Source: a virus (taxonomy: Duplodnaviria; Caudoviricetes). From it: a DNA stretch of 40,315 bases. The notes beneath the pieces were generated by a model. That model was not told the DNA's origin. It worked only from the letters and a program-made list of their open reading frames with translations, and did no database searches. Shown one piece after another: positions 1 to 8,550 of the stretch. The stretch covers positions 1 to 40,315 of the IMG/VR virus record IMGVR_UViG_3300006790_000041; one strand, 5' to 3'. Position 1 is the stretch's first letter, and every line of letters starts with the position of its first letter. Position numbers and translations under genes: made by a program.

Positions 1-89
1 CTACGCACACCTTTGCACGCCCGCGTGCGCCCTGCGAGTCACTGCGCACTCAGGCGCAGCAGGGCCTGCAAGGGTGCCGGGTTCATTCT

Positions 90-119
90 CCGAGGGTTCG
101 AATCCCTCTCTCTCCGCCA
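90..119 (+). other. 3' fragment of tRNA-Ser (T-arm + acceptor 3' strand + CCA), att core
   Basis: CCGAGGGTTCGAATCCCTCTCTCTCCGCCA: GAGGG-TTCGAAT-CCCTC T-arm, discriminator G, CCA; the matching 5' GGAGAG strand is absent from 1-89; integrase adjacent. Confidence 0.85.
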
Positions 120-134
120 GACATGGCGACAGCC

Positions 135-171
135 AAACCCCTGATTACGTTAAAGTTTTCAGGGGTTTTTT
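135..171 (+). terminator. Intrinsic terminator-like hairpin after the tRNA 3' end
   Basis: AAACCCCTGA...TCAGGGGTTT stem running into a T tract. Confidence 0.65.
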
Positions 172-188
172 ATTGCCTGCGATTTGAG

Positions 189-209
189 TTAGGGCAAATT
201 TAGGGCAAA
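189..209 (+). repeat. Tandem direct repeat, putative integrase arm-binding sites
   Basis: TTAGGGCAAA at 189-198 and 200-209, between the att core and the int stop. Confidence 0.65.
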
Positions 210-219
210 AAAGGCACTT

Positions 220-1452
220 TCAGGACCCCTCAGCACCGCTCTGGTCACGAAACCCCATCATCTGCGAAACCATCCCCGCCATGCTCTTGGTGTCCTCGGG
301 AATCCACCGGCCATAGTGTTTCTTTACCATGCCGGTATCGGTATGGCCAAGCTGCCTGGCGACCCACTCAATCGGCACGTAACTGGACAGCGCCTGACTG
401 GCGAACGTGTGGCGGCATTGGTTAGGGCCGCGGTGCCGGACCTTTGCCCGCTTCAGGATGCTGGTAAACCACCGGTTAACGCTGGCCGGATTCCAAGGCA
501 TGCCGCTGGATCCGTTGCGGAACACAAAGCGGATGGCCTCCTTCTTGCGCTTGACGTTGTCACGCTGAATGACCTCAACCGGTACCGGGGGCAGGAGGTA
601 GGTCGCCTCCCGCTGGCGCTTCAGGTGTTCGATTGCCGGGTCTATCAGATCGATCTTTCGAACCCGGCTTTTCTCCTTGGGCACCTTGTATATCGTTTCC
701 ACCCGGGCACGCCTGACCATTGCGGTGCCGGCGTCCAGGTCGATGTCATCCCAGCCCAGCCCGATCAGCTCCGACAGACTCAGGCCGGACCAGCACCAGA
801 ACATGATCATGTTGATATCGTGCACCCTTGTGGTTGATACCGCAGCGATTCGCGCAATCTCTTCGCGGCTGAACGGATCGGCTGAGTCGTCGCCATCGTC
901 CTGCTCGATGTTCTTGATCCGGTCCAGCGGGTTGCTGGTGATGATGCCATCACTGAAGGCATTGCCCCACACGCCGCGGACCACAGTGAACACGTCGTTG
1001 ACGGTCTTCGGCGCCAGGGTCTTGAGCAGCGCGGCCTGGAACAGCTCAAGGTCGCTCATGCTGATATCGACGATCCGACGCCGCCCGAACTTCTCAATGA
1101 CGTGCTTGGCCTTGTGGCCATAGTTACGGCTGGTGCTGGCCGCCTTCTTGGCTTTCATCACCTCCAGCCAGCGCTCAACGCCTTCCGCCACTGTGCGGTT
1201 CACCTGCTTGCCGCCACGGCCGGAGAATATCAGGGCCCGCGGCGAATCAGGGAAGTGCGCCGCGTAGTCAAAGCGCCCTTCCTTTATCTCTGCCAGGATG
1301 GTGCGGCGCTTGTTGTCGGCATAAGCGATGCTGGCCTTATTGACCTTGACGATGCCGGGCAGGGGTTCGCGGCACCGCTGGCCATTCAGCATGAAGCTGA
1401 TACGCAGTTGCTTGCCGTTTATTTCCACGCCGCGCGGCATCTTCTCTGTCAC
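220..1452 (-). CDS. int: Phage integrase (tyrosine recombinase with N-terminal arm-binding domain, DUF3596-like)
   Basis: MPRGVEINGKQLRISF...FDYAAHFPDS arm domain; NQCRHTFAS, QLGH and KHYGRW catalytic region; next to att. Confidence 0.95.
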   Translation of the reverse strand: MTEKMPRGVEINGKQLRISFMLNGQRCREPLPGIVKVNKASIAYADNKRRTILAEIKEGRFDYAAHFPDSPRALIFSGRGGKQVNRTVAEGVERWLEVMKAKKAASTSRNYGHKAKHVIEKFGRRRIVDISMSDLELFQAALLKTLAPKTVNDVFTVVRGVWGNAFSDGIITSNPLDRIKNIEQDDGDDSADPFSREEIARIAAVSTTRVHDINMIMFWCWSGLSLSELIGLGWDDIDLDAGTAMVRRARVETIYKVPKEKSRVRKIDLIDPAIEHLKRQREATYLLPPVPVEVIQRDNVKRKKEAIRFVFRNGSSGMPWNPASVNRWFTSILKRAKVRHRGPNQCRHTFASQALSSYVPIEWVARQLGHTDTGMVKKHYGRWIPEDTKSMAGMVSQMMGFRDQSGAEGS

Positions 1453-1664
1453 ACCGAACCTCCCAGCCAGTCTTGAATGGCATCACGGTTGTAGACGATA
1501 CGGTTGGCGGGGTCTTTGCGCCAGTGCTTGCCCTCCAGCCACTTGCCTTCTGCGCGGTACTTCTTGGCCGCGTCGGGCGTGATACCGAACACCGGTACCA
1601 GCAGTTCCTGACGGAACCAGGCGCCGGGCGTGATGTGGTACTCGATCTTTTCTGCTGCACCCAT
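1449..1664 (-). CDS. xis: Excisionase family protein
   Basis: 71 aa, WLEGKHWRKDPANRIVYN motif, overlaps the int start. Confidence 0.8.
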   Translation of the reverse strand: MGAAEKIEYHITPGAWFRQELLVPVFGITPDAAKKYRAEGKWLEGKHWRKDPANRIVYNRDAIQDWLGGSV

Positions 1665-1667
1665 ATG

Positions 1668-1976
1668 TCATGCCTCCCGGCTCAGTTCTGCCTGCTGCGG
1701 CGAGCCTTCAGTCAAGGCCCACATCGTATTGTTGTTCGTGCTTTGATCTGTACGAAAAACAATGCCGTCGCGCTCCATGCGCTCAAGCTCTCGACGAATC
1801 ACCTTGGTCTCCTCGTTGATGCTGAACTTGAACCACCAGGTGCAGTAACCCCACACGCGGCCAAAGTTCGCCATCTCGCCGTACAGCTTTCCGTATCGCT
1901 CAAAATCTGCATCTTTGCGGCGCTTCATTTCAGCGACAATCGCCTCGCGCAAGGTCGGGTTGTGCTTGGTGGACAT
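1668..1976 (-). CDS. Hypothetical phage protein (possible winged helix)
   Basis: Packed in the leftward operon, GGAGG SD. Confidence 0.65.
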   Translation of the reverse strand: MSTKHNPTLREAIVAEMKRRKDADFERYGKLYGEMANFGRVWGYCTWWFKFSINEETKVIRRELERMERDGIVFRTDQSTNNNTMWALTEGSPQQAELSREA

Positions 1977-2003
1977 TGCTATGCCTCCCGGCGTGTAGGG
2001 TGG

Positions 2004-2429
2004 TTACTCGTCGTTGCGCGTGAAGTCGTCGAGGTCTACGCGCCAGTTCTCGATCTGGCCGGTGCCGTCGATCTTCATGATGATGTAGTCGCCGTAGCCG
2101 CTGCCGCCCGGACTGAGGATGTCCGGTACATAGCCATCCTTCTCGGCCAGAACATTGAGGTCAGCATCAAGCAGCAGGTAGCGACCCTGGTCGCATACCT
2201 TGTAATGGATGTCAGCGGTGACGCCTTGCGGCCAGTCGACAACCTTGCCCGTTTCCAGCTTGATGATCGGGCTCCACACGCGACCGACAAGGAAGGGCAT
2301 CTTCGGCTTTTCTTCGTCGTCCGTGACGCCGTTCAGCGCAGCGTCTTCGTAATAGCGCGCCTCGGCTTCGACCTTGAGATATACAGGGCTGATCAGCTTG
2401 CGCTGAATAACTTCGATTTGAATTGGCAT
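2004..2429 (-). CDS. Hypothetical phage protein
   Basis: ATG with GGAGGGAG SD; GYVPD...GYGDYI motif typical of phage hypotheticals. Confidence 0.7.
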   Translation of the reverse strand: MPIQIEVIQRKLISPVYLKVEAEARYYEDAALNGVTDDEEKPKMPFLVGRVWSPIIKLETGKVVDWPQGVTADIHYKVCDQGRYLLLDADLNVLAEKDGYVPDILSPGGSGYGDYIIMKIDGTGQIENWRVDLDDFTRNDE

Positions 2430-2517
2430 GGCAATACTTCTCCCTCCGGCGCTGCCGGATACGTTGGAATAGGGGATAGCCCGACAGGGGTAATCGGGCG
2501 GATATAGCGGGGTGGGG

Positions 2518-2751
2518 CTATTGCTGGCGCTTGATCCTGGCCTGCTCAATTATTGCGGCGCGTCCGCGAACCGACGCCCCGCCTTCGTATTGGATGTAGG
2601 CCATCGACTGCCGCCCATGACCGCAGCAGGCGTTCCAGATCGGCCCTGGCAGCATTCCCAGGCAGCCGTCATGGCCTTCTCGACTTGGAGGCATGCCGCA
2701 GTCGGCGCATGGGCCGCGCTGGCCGCTGCCTGCTAGTTCTGGGGTGTACAT
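2518..2751 (-). CDS. Small Cys/His-rich phage protein
   Basis: CxxC...GHDGCLG...NACCGHG; AAGGAG SD. Confidence 0.65.
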   Translation of the reverse strand: MYTPELAGSGQRGPCADCGMPPSREGHDGCLGMLPGPIWNACCGHGRQSMAYIQYEGGASVRGRAAIIEQARIKRQQ

Positions 2752-3149
2752 TCCGACTCCTTGCCCTGCTGGGCTAGGGCTGCGCGCGCGCGTCCATATT
2801 TGCGAGCAGCGCCCGGTGATGTTCCGGTGCCAGCGATAAGCTCGCTGATGATTTCTTCCAGCTCCGCTATCCGCGCCTTGTCTGCTGCGCGGGAGGCTTC
2901 GAGCTGCTGTATTTCAGCGATTCGATGCCGCGTACCATGGTTGCGCCCTTCGTCGTATCCGCGCTGGTAGCTGCCTGCTGGCTCTGTGTTCGACATTGCG
3001 GCTTCGTGGGCTGTGAGGCGGATGACCGGAACACTGTGGCCATCCTCTGGCTTGTCTATCAGACTAATCCCTGAAATAAGCCCATCGCCAAGTTTTTGCG
3101 CCATACGCTCAATAACGAATCCCAGCACGGCTGGCTTACTCGCTGTCAT
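2733..3149 (-). CDS. Hypothetical phage protein (coiled coil)
   Basis: SD and tight packing in the operon. Confidence 0.6.
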   Translation of the reverse strand: MTASKPAVLGFVIERMAQKLGDGLISGISLIDKPEDGHSVPVIRLTAHEAAMSNTEPAGSYQRGYDEGRNHGTRHRIAEIQQLEASRAADKARIAELEEIISELIAGTGTSPGAARKYGRARAALAQQGKESECTPQN

Positions 3150-3414
3150 GGGGTTGCTCCTTTATGTTTACGCCAAATCTCTCTGCGCTAAACCAGAATC
3201 CAGCCTCGCAGACCCAATAGCTTGGTTTCCCGCACTGCCCGCATTCGTACCTGGTGGCTATCGGGTGCCCGCATTCAGAGTGTGCTGATTCATTTTCACA
3301 GTCCGAACTCCATGTGTTGCAGTGCGGGCAACTGAGGTTGAGACCGTGTTTACGCAGATACGCTTCCCGGTGGTTTGAGGCCGCCCAGTCTCTGATGCGC
3401 CTCCACAGACTCAT
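3136..3414 (-). CDS. Zn-ribbon-like hypothetical protein
   Basis: CPHC...CGQC; ATGA overlap with the upstream gene. Confidence 0.65.
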   Translation of the reverse strand: MSLWRRIRDWAASNHREAYLRKHGLNLSCPHCNTWSSDCENESAHSECGHPIATRYECGQCGKPSYWVCEAGFWFSAERFGVNIKEQPHDSE

Positions 3415-4547
3415 ACCCCCTCCTTGCGCTGGTGGGCGGCGACTTCAATGACCTCCAGCAATTTGGACAGGCCGTCGTCTGTGTTTTCGTACCAAGCCTG
3501 TGCTGCATCTTGGATTCGGGAGACCAACCCCGCCACGTCCGGGGCAGGCGCTGTCTTGGCGCATGGGCGCTTGTCGTCTCGACTGTTGCGAGCGATGCGG
3601 ACAAGCAGGTGCGCATTCCATGACCCCGATACTTGCTCAAAGCGACGAAGCGCAGCAGAGCGGGCACCGGCACCTGCAAACATCTCGCTTTGGCGATCGG
3701 CGTCGTCAAACACGATCATGTGCGGGCACTCTTCTGGGATGCTCAGGGCGGCAGGCGCTGCCGGTTGTGGGGTGGTGTAGAGCGGTAGTGTGGCGCCGCC
3801 GCGTCTCGCCAGCTTCTCAATCGCTGCGGGGATCGGCTCAATATCCCAGTCACCGGACTCGCTCGCACTCGCGTCGTCGATCAGCAGCATTGCCAGCGGC
3901 TCCTGCTCCACCCGCTCAACAGGCGCAGCGCGCTCCGGGTAAACACCAGGCAGCGGCGACATTGCCGGCTTGTTGCGCTGCTTTTCGCGGATACGCAGCA
4001 GCGTGTCGGGCTGGTTGATACGGGCCAGCTCTTGCTCCCCAGCTCCGGCCATATCCAAGCCATTGGCCAGGCAGAGCGCGGCCAGGGTAACCATTACGCC
4101 GCCGACCTCTTGGGTCGGCTCACCGGCCGGGCGCCCGTAGACGTAGTCAACCAGCCGGTGGGCCTCATCAGCACTGCAGCCAAGCGACTGCACCAGCTCG
4201 AGCGCCTCTTCAAGGAAGCGGTGATTGCGCTCAGCCCTATCGGCAGCGATAGCCGGGCCAAAGCACTCGAGCATCCACGCTTGGACGCGCTGCTGAAATG
4301 GCTCAACAGGCGCAGGGGCGGCGGCGAGCAGATACTTGCGCCACCAGAACGCGCCACGGTCAACGCCTGACTCGCCAAACCACAGCCCCTCAAGCGTGCC
4401 TGCGCCTTTCAGGAATTCGACGACAACGGACGGCACCGGCACATACCCCTCGGTCACCTGCCGCTTGCGCAGCTCTGCCAGCTCAGCCTCAAGCGCCGCA
4501 ACCTTGGCCAGCGCATCGCCCCGGATCAGCTGTTCTTTGTCAGTCAT
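3411..4547 (-). CDS. Mosaic early protein with MazG-like (all-alpha NTP pyrophosphatase) segment
   Basis: FQQRVQAWMLECFG...RFLEEALELVQ...QEVGGVMVTLAAL; modules joined by Ala/Pro linkers. Confidence 0.65.
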   Translation of the reverse strand: MTDKEQLIRGDALAKVAALEAELAELRKRQVTEGYVPVPSVVVEFLKGAGTLEGLWFGESGVDRGAFWWRKYLLAAAPAPVEPFQQRVQAWMLECFGPAIAADRAERNHRFLEEALELVQSLGCSADEAHRLVDYVYGRPAGEPTQEVGGVMVTLAALCLANGLDMAGAGEQELARINQPDTLLRIREKQRNKPAMSPLPGVYPERAAPVERVEQEPLAMLLIDDASASESGDWDIEPIPAAIEKLARRGGATLPLYTTPQPAAPAALSIPEECPHMIVFDDADRQSEMFAGAGARSAALRRFEQVSGSWNAHLLVRIARNSRDDKRPCAKTAPAPDVAGLVSRIQDAAQAWYENTDDGLSKLLEVIEVAAHQRKEGV

Positions 4548-4746
4548 CCGCCTGCACCTCATCTGGATAGCGCCGCATACCGCGAACGCCGGACTCGCTG
4601 TCGATAGCGATCTGATTTGCTTGCCGTGCCAGCTGGCGAAGCTGAGTTGGCGTCATCTGGGCATCAAGCCCTGGCAGGCCGTTTACTACGGCCACGGGCT
4701 GCCCGTTGCGCCCGGCTATGTGCTGGGCTGTGAGTTGGGTGGTCAT
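4540..4746 (-). CDS. Hypothetical phage protein
   Basis: ATGA overlap with the MTase C-terminal frame. Confidence 0.6.
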   Translation of the reverse strand: MTTQLTAQHIAGRNGQPVAVVNGLPGLDAQMTPTQLRQLARQANQIAIDSESGVRGMRRYPDEVQADD

Positions 4747-5511
4747 GGATTCAGCCTCTGAATGTGGTTGTCGATGCGCCGTGCTATCCATCGGACGCAG
4801 AAAACGGCTTTGCTGTTGCCAATCGCCTTGTAGCGCGGGCCGTCGGGGCATTGCTCTGCAGGCTTTTTGCGGTAGGGGATTAGCGTCCAGTCGTCAGGAA
4901 ATCCCTGCAGGCGCTCGCACTCCTTGGGTGTAAGGCGGCGCACGGCGCTTGCGCTCTGGACTGCCTGTACCTCTGCGCGGGCTTCCAGGGTGTAAGCGTG
5001 ATCGACCTGAACACCGACCCCATCCGGGCCGCTTGCTGGGTTGGACCGAAGTGCGCCCGCTTGGATAGCGTGAGTGACGATCGGCTGGCCTCGTCCAGTT
5101 CCACCTTCGCTGGCGTCAAAGCCCTCTGCCTTCAGCGTGTGAGTTACTTCGCCGGTAACACATACGGCGACCTGCCCACCTGCATTAGCGTGACTTTCAC
5201 CATGCCCCATAGCGCGCAGGGTGGGTGAAAGCTCCCCGGCGTCAGCCCCGTGGTCTTTGCAGCTGAATGCGATGCATGGCGTGCCTTGGCCTGGCTTGCC
5301 GCCGCCAGTTGATAGAGTTCCGACTATTTTTCCGTCGCCCGCCTCAATGCGGACCTCGCTACGGCTATTCTCCGCGAACGCCAAGACAGCGTTCTCCTGC
5401 CCGCTGTTTCGGCCAAGCGTATGCGCCTGATCTCTGCGTACGTCTGGGTCTTGGGTGCCGTGAACAACTATCGGAGCCTCATGGTTGCAGGTCAGCGTCG
5501 GGCTTCTGCCT

Positions 5512-5997
5512 TCAGCTATCTCTGCCCCCCCTGTCCGTGTGCCATGCAGGTGGCTGGCTGGAGCTGTCCGGGTGTGCTTCCGCAGTCTGGCGTTCCGCCA
5601 CGGCGACCAAGGCTCGCAGTAACTGATCCGGCAATGTCTTGCCCCTCGCCTCGGCGCGGCGGAGTATCCCTGCGCAGGCCTTCGGACTCAAATAGTACCG
5701 CTGCGGGATCAAACCCTCTTCGAGCACTTGCGACAACGAACACACGGCGGCGTCGTTGGGCCAGGCCGAAATATTGGGCATCCAACACCCGCCATGCTGC
5801 TGTTCTTTCGGGTCCATACACACAACCAGCGTCCGTCCATCTTCCCCCTGACGGCTGTAGCGCTGAGGATTCGCCCACCAGGGCGCCGAGGAAGCAGCCA
5901 AACGCATTGCCTTTGTCGCTGAGGACGCCGGGGACGTTTTCCCACCAGACGACGCACTCGTCGTCGCCTCGGGCTGTTCGAACATGGTCAATTGCAT
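5512..5997 (-). CDS. Out-of-frame ORF embedded in the MTase gene, resembling the M.EcoHK31I beta polypeptide
   Basis: ATG (MQLTMFE) with GGAG SD 7 nt upstream; WMPNISAWPNDAAVCSLSQVLE...YLSPKACAGILRRAEARGKTLP resembles the recalled beta motif. Confidence 0.65.
   Translation of the reverse strand: MQLTMFEQPEATTSASSGGKTSPASSATKAMRLAASSAPWWANPQRYSRQGEDGRTLVVCMDPKEQQHGGCWMPNISAWPNDAAVCSLSQVLEEGLIPQRYYLSPKACAGILRRAEARGKTLPDQLLRALVAVAERQTAEAHPDSSSQPPAWHTDRGGRDS
5525..5531 (-). repeat. G7 homopolymer at the MTase frame junction
   Basis: CCCCCCC on +; CAG GGG GGG CAG AGA TAG on -. Confidence 0.9.
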
Positions 5998-6332
5998 CTG
6001 CGAGCTCCACGAACTTGATAGTGAGTTTGCCGCGCGGATCTTCGAGACCGGCACGCATGCCGGCAACGGAGAACGCCTGGCAGGGTGTGCCGCCGACCAG
6101 CAGGCTTGGGGCCGGGATTGCACCGGTCAGTACCTTGGCCGGCAGCAGCGTCATATCGCCGTGGTTCGGCACCTCGGGGAACCGGTGTGCCAGCACAGCA
6201 GAGGGGAACGGCTCAATCTCAGAGAACCATGCAGGCGTCCAGCCGAGCGGATGCACTGCAACCGACACCGACTCGATGCCGCTGCACACCGATCCGTAGT
6301 CGATGGTCATGTGGGTTACCTCGGGGAAGGGG

Positions 6333-6827
6333 TTATGCGGTATTGCGCAGTACCGGCAGGACGATGCCGAGGCCGGAGCGCTGAAGGGCTGAGACATTGG
6401 CGACGCCGTAGGCAATCAGGCAGATCGGGGCGCCACTGTTTGCCGGTGCTCTGCGACCATCGACGTAATGGAAGTGCGGACGGCCTTTCATGAATAGTAC
6501 GGCGTCAGCTGCGCCCCAGACGCATTCGTAAAACATGGCTGTCTCAGTACGCGCCGGTATCAGGGCAATGCCGTTACCGTGCTGCACAAGTTTTCGCAGC
6601 CACTTGACTGCCTCGCGCCCGAACGGCGGGTTGAGCCAGACGCGCCCATCCCACTCAGCCGAAAGGCCGTCATCGTCAACGGTAAGGTGGTGGCGGGCTG
6701 TGTGCCAGGGGCGGATCACTGGCGAGCATGGGTCAAGGTCGAACACGTCAAGGCTGGCGACGATCTCTGGCGGCGTCAGCCACTCGTCGTTACCCATGCG
6801 GGCAGATTGGTGTGATGAGAGACCCAT
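6333..6827 (-). CDS. Phage N6-adenine DNA methyltransferase (Dam-like, T1/HP1 type)
   Basis: EWLTP...FDLDPC...DDGL...WLNPPF...LIPART motifs. Confidence 0.88.
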   Translation of the reverse strand: MGLSSHQSARMGNDEWLTPPEIVASLDVFDLDPCSPVIRPWHTARHHLTVDDDGLSAEWDGRVWLNPPFGREAVKWLRKLVQHGNGIALIPARTETAMFYECVWGAADAVLFMKGRPHFHYVDGRRAPANSGAPICLIAYGVANVSALQRSGLGIVLPVLRNTA

Positions 6828-6844
6828 TGATTACCTCGGAGTGG

Positions 6845-7222
6845 TTATGCGGCGTCGTACTTGTAGTCCTGCCATGACAGCATCGGCGCGCCTTTCTTGG
6901 TTTTGCGGATCTGGCCGTGGCCGTCTTTCTCAGGCGCCCGCGCCTTGATGGTTAAATCCCGACACCCCCCCCTGTTGCGGCAAAGGGCAATGAAGTCGCG
7001 GGCGAACTGCGGCGCATCGAATGGCTTGCACAGCTGGACGGTGCGGGCGCCGGCCATTACCTCGTCGGCGCGCTTCTGTACTGCTGCCTCCCATTCGTCA
7101 GGCGTCAGGTCGACAGTCACGCGAACACCCTTCACCAGCTCAATGCGGGTGGTCGGTGTTTTCTTTCTGGCTTCGGCCAGGGCGAAGTCTCGGGTCATCC
7201 CGAATACGGCAAACGTGCTCAT
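6845..7222 (-). CDS. Conserved hypothetical phage protein
   Basis: GAGGT SD; MSTFAVFGMT N-terminus typical of Pseudomonas prophages. Confidence 0.75.
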   Translation of the reverse strand: MSTFAVFGMTRDFALAEARKKTPTTRIELVKGVRVTVDLTPDEWEAAVQKRADEVMAGARTVQLCKPFDAPQFARDFIALCRNRGGCRDLTIKARAPEKDGHGQIRKTKKGAPMLSWQDYKYDAA

Positions 7223-7250
7223 GGTGGTTACCTCGGGTTATCAGCTGCGC

Positions 7251-8021
7251 TCAGAAACGCGCATCAGGAAGGGTGTTTGCGTAGTGGTCGGCTATCTGCT
7301 CGTTGAGCTTGTCCAGCAGGTCTGGGCGCTTGAACTCAAGGTGCAGGTTGCCGTTTTTGAAGGCCTTGGCCCGGTACAGTTCGCACTCATAGACGGCGCG
7401 CTCTTTGAATGCCACGTTGAGCGCAGACACCAGCTCATGCGCCTTGAACTGCTTGTTGTCCAGGGTCTGGAATACGCGGTCGATGTCGTTGATCTTGTCC
7501 GCCGCATTGCCGTAGCGGATGCATAGGCCTCTGGTAAACGAATGCTCGACCATGTAGCCCATCACCACCTTACGGCCAATGCGGAAAGGCTCGCTGCTGT
7601 TGGTCTTGTAGTCATCCGACAGGCCTCGGAACACGTTGACCACGCCGCGGCGGAACATGTCAGCCGATTCACCGCGCAGCTTGATAAACGTGCTGCGGAT
7701 GTTGGCCTCAGTGAATTCCGGCGGCGACGGGTTCAGGCTTCTCTCGAACTCGGCGACAGCCTGGGCATCCATTAGCTGTTTGAAGCCGGTCAAGTCGAAA
7801 GCCCGGCGCCACATCCTGCCGTCCATTTCCACGCGCACCCGCTCGTGATCCTCAGCGATCATGCCGCCTCGTGGCATCAGGTAGCGGCCGTGCGGTGCAA
7901 GAAGCGTCTCGGCGCTATGCGTAAGTCGGCGGGCGTCCTCGATCAGCCGCAGGGCGTCGGCGCGAGCCTTGATCAGATCGGCCAGCGTTGTGGGTAGTGC
8001 CACTTCCTTGAAGGGGCTCAT
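7251..8021 (-). CDS. DUF4942 domain protein
   Basis: RGVVNVFRGLSDDYKTN...FKNGNLHLEFKRPDLLDKLN. Confidence 0.8.
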   Translation of the reverse strand: MSPFKEVALPTTLADLIKARADALRLIEDARRLTHSAETLLAPHGRYLMPRGGMIAEDHERVRVEMDGRMWRRAFDLTGFKQLMDAQAVAEFERSLNPSPPEFTEANIRSTFIKLRGESADMFRRGVVNVFRGLSDDYKTNSSEPFRIGRKVVMGYMVEHSFTRGLCIRYGNAADKINDIDRVFQTLDNKQFKAHELVSALNVAFKERAVYECELYRAKAFKNGNLHLEFKRPDLLDKLNEQIADHYANTLPDARF

Positions 8022-8521
8022 GGCTGTCGACCAAACGTGATGCCACGCTCAGCGGCCCAGCGTCGTAGCGTCTGCCGGCGAACGCCGATCCACTTTGCGG
8101 CGTCAGTCATGTTTGAACCGCCGGCAGACAGGCGCCGCATTTCAATCAGCTGCTCGGCGGATGGCCCACCCAGCCTGCTGCCTTTCTTCGCGATCTCGAC
8201 CCCGTAGGTCTCCGCCAGCTTTCGCACCTGGCTGGTCGATACGCCGAGGATATCGGCCAGCTCATCCGCATTCAGTCGCCCTTCATAGCTGCGCATGATC
8301 TCTGCGTGCTGGCGCTGGCGTTTCTTGGCCTTGCTCTCGTCGCGGCGTGGCGTGGAGGGCTGTCGGGGACGCTTGGCGGCCTTTGGCTCTGATCGAGGGC
8401 GCCGGGGCACCTGCTGGAGTTCTGGCCCCTGGGTGACTTTTCCACCAGCGGCGGTAAAGGCGGCGACCTTGGCGGCCAGATCGGCTGACTTGCTGTTGTC
8501 GATGCTTTGTCGGAGTGCCAT
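8018..8521 (-). CDS. Basic HTH-containing phage protein
   Basis: Two HTH-like segments (ADELADILGVSTSQVRK; AAKWIGVRRQTLRRW). Confidence 0.7.
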   Translation of the reverse strand: MALRQSIDNSKSADLAAKVAAFTAAGGKVTQGPELQQVPRRPRSEPKAAKRPRQPSTPRRDESKAKKRQRQHAEIMRSYEGRLNADELADILGVSTSQVRKLAETYGVEIAKKGSRLGGPSAEQLIEMRRLSAGGSNMTDAAKWIGVRRQTLRRWAAERGITFGRQP

Positions 8522-8550
8522 TTTCTTCTCCGTGACATACCGCCGTGACG

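Larger units (their letters stand above)
4743..6310 (-). pseudogene. C5 cytosine DNA methyltransferase interrupted by a frameshift at a G7 tract (pseudogene, phase-variable or recoded)
   Basis: Motif I (SVCSGI), IV (GGTPCQAFS), VI (ENV) and VIII (QRRRRVF) in 6310-5516; motifs IX-X (RRLTPKECERLQGFP, YKAIGNS) in another frame that is open from the G tract to 4743. Confidence 0.88.

Noticed and set aside
1-119. Complete tRNA-Ser gene
   Set aside because: No 5' acceptor strand, D arm or anticodon arm upstream of the T arm
1473-2507. 344-aa plus-strand ORF
   Set aside because: Overlaps three well-supported minus-strand genes; no motif
4743-5384. Independent gene starting at TTG 5384
   Set aside because: The frame is open further upstream to the G tract and continues the MTase; no convincing SD, although internal restart is not excluded
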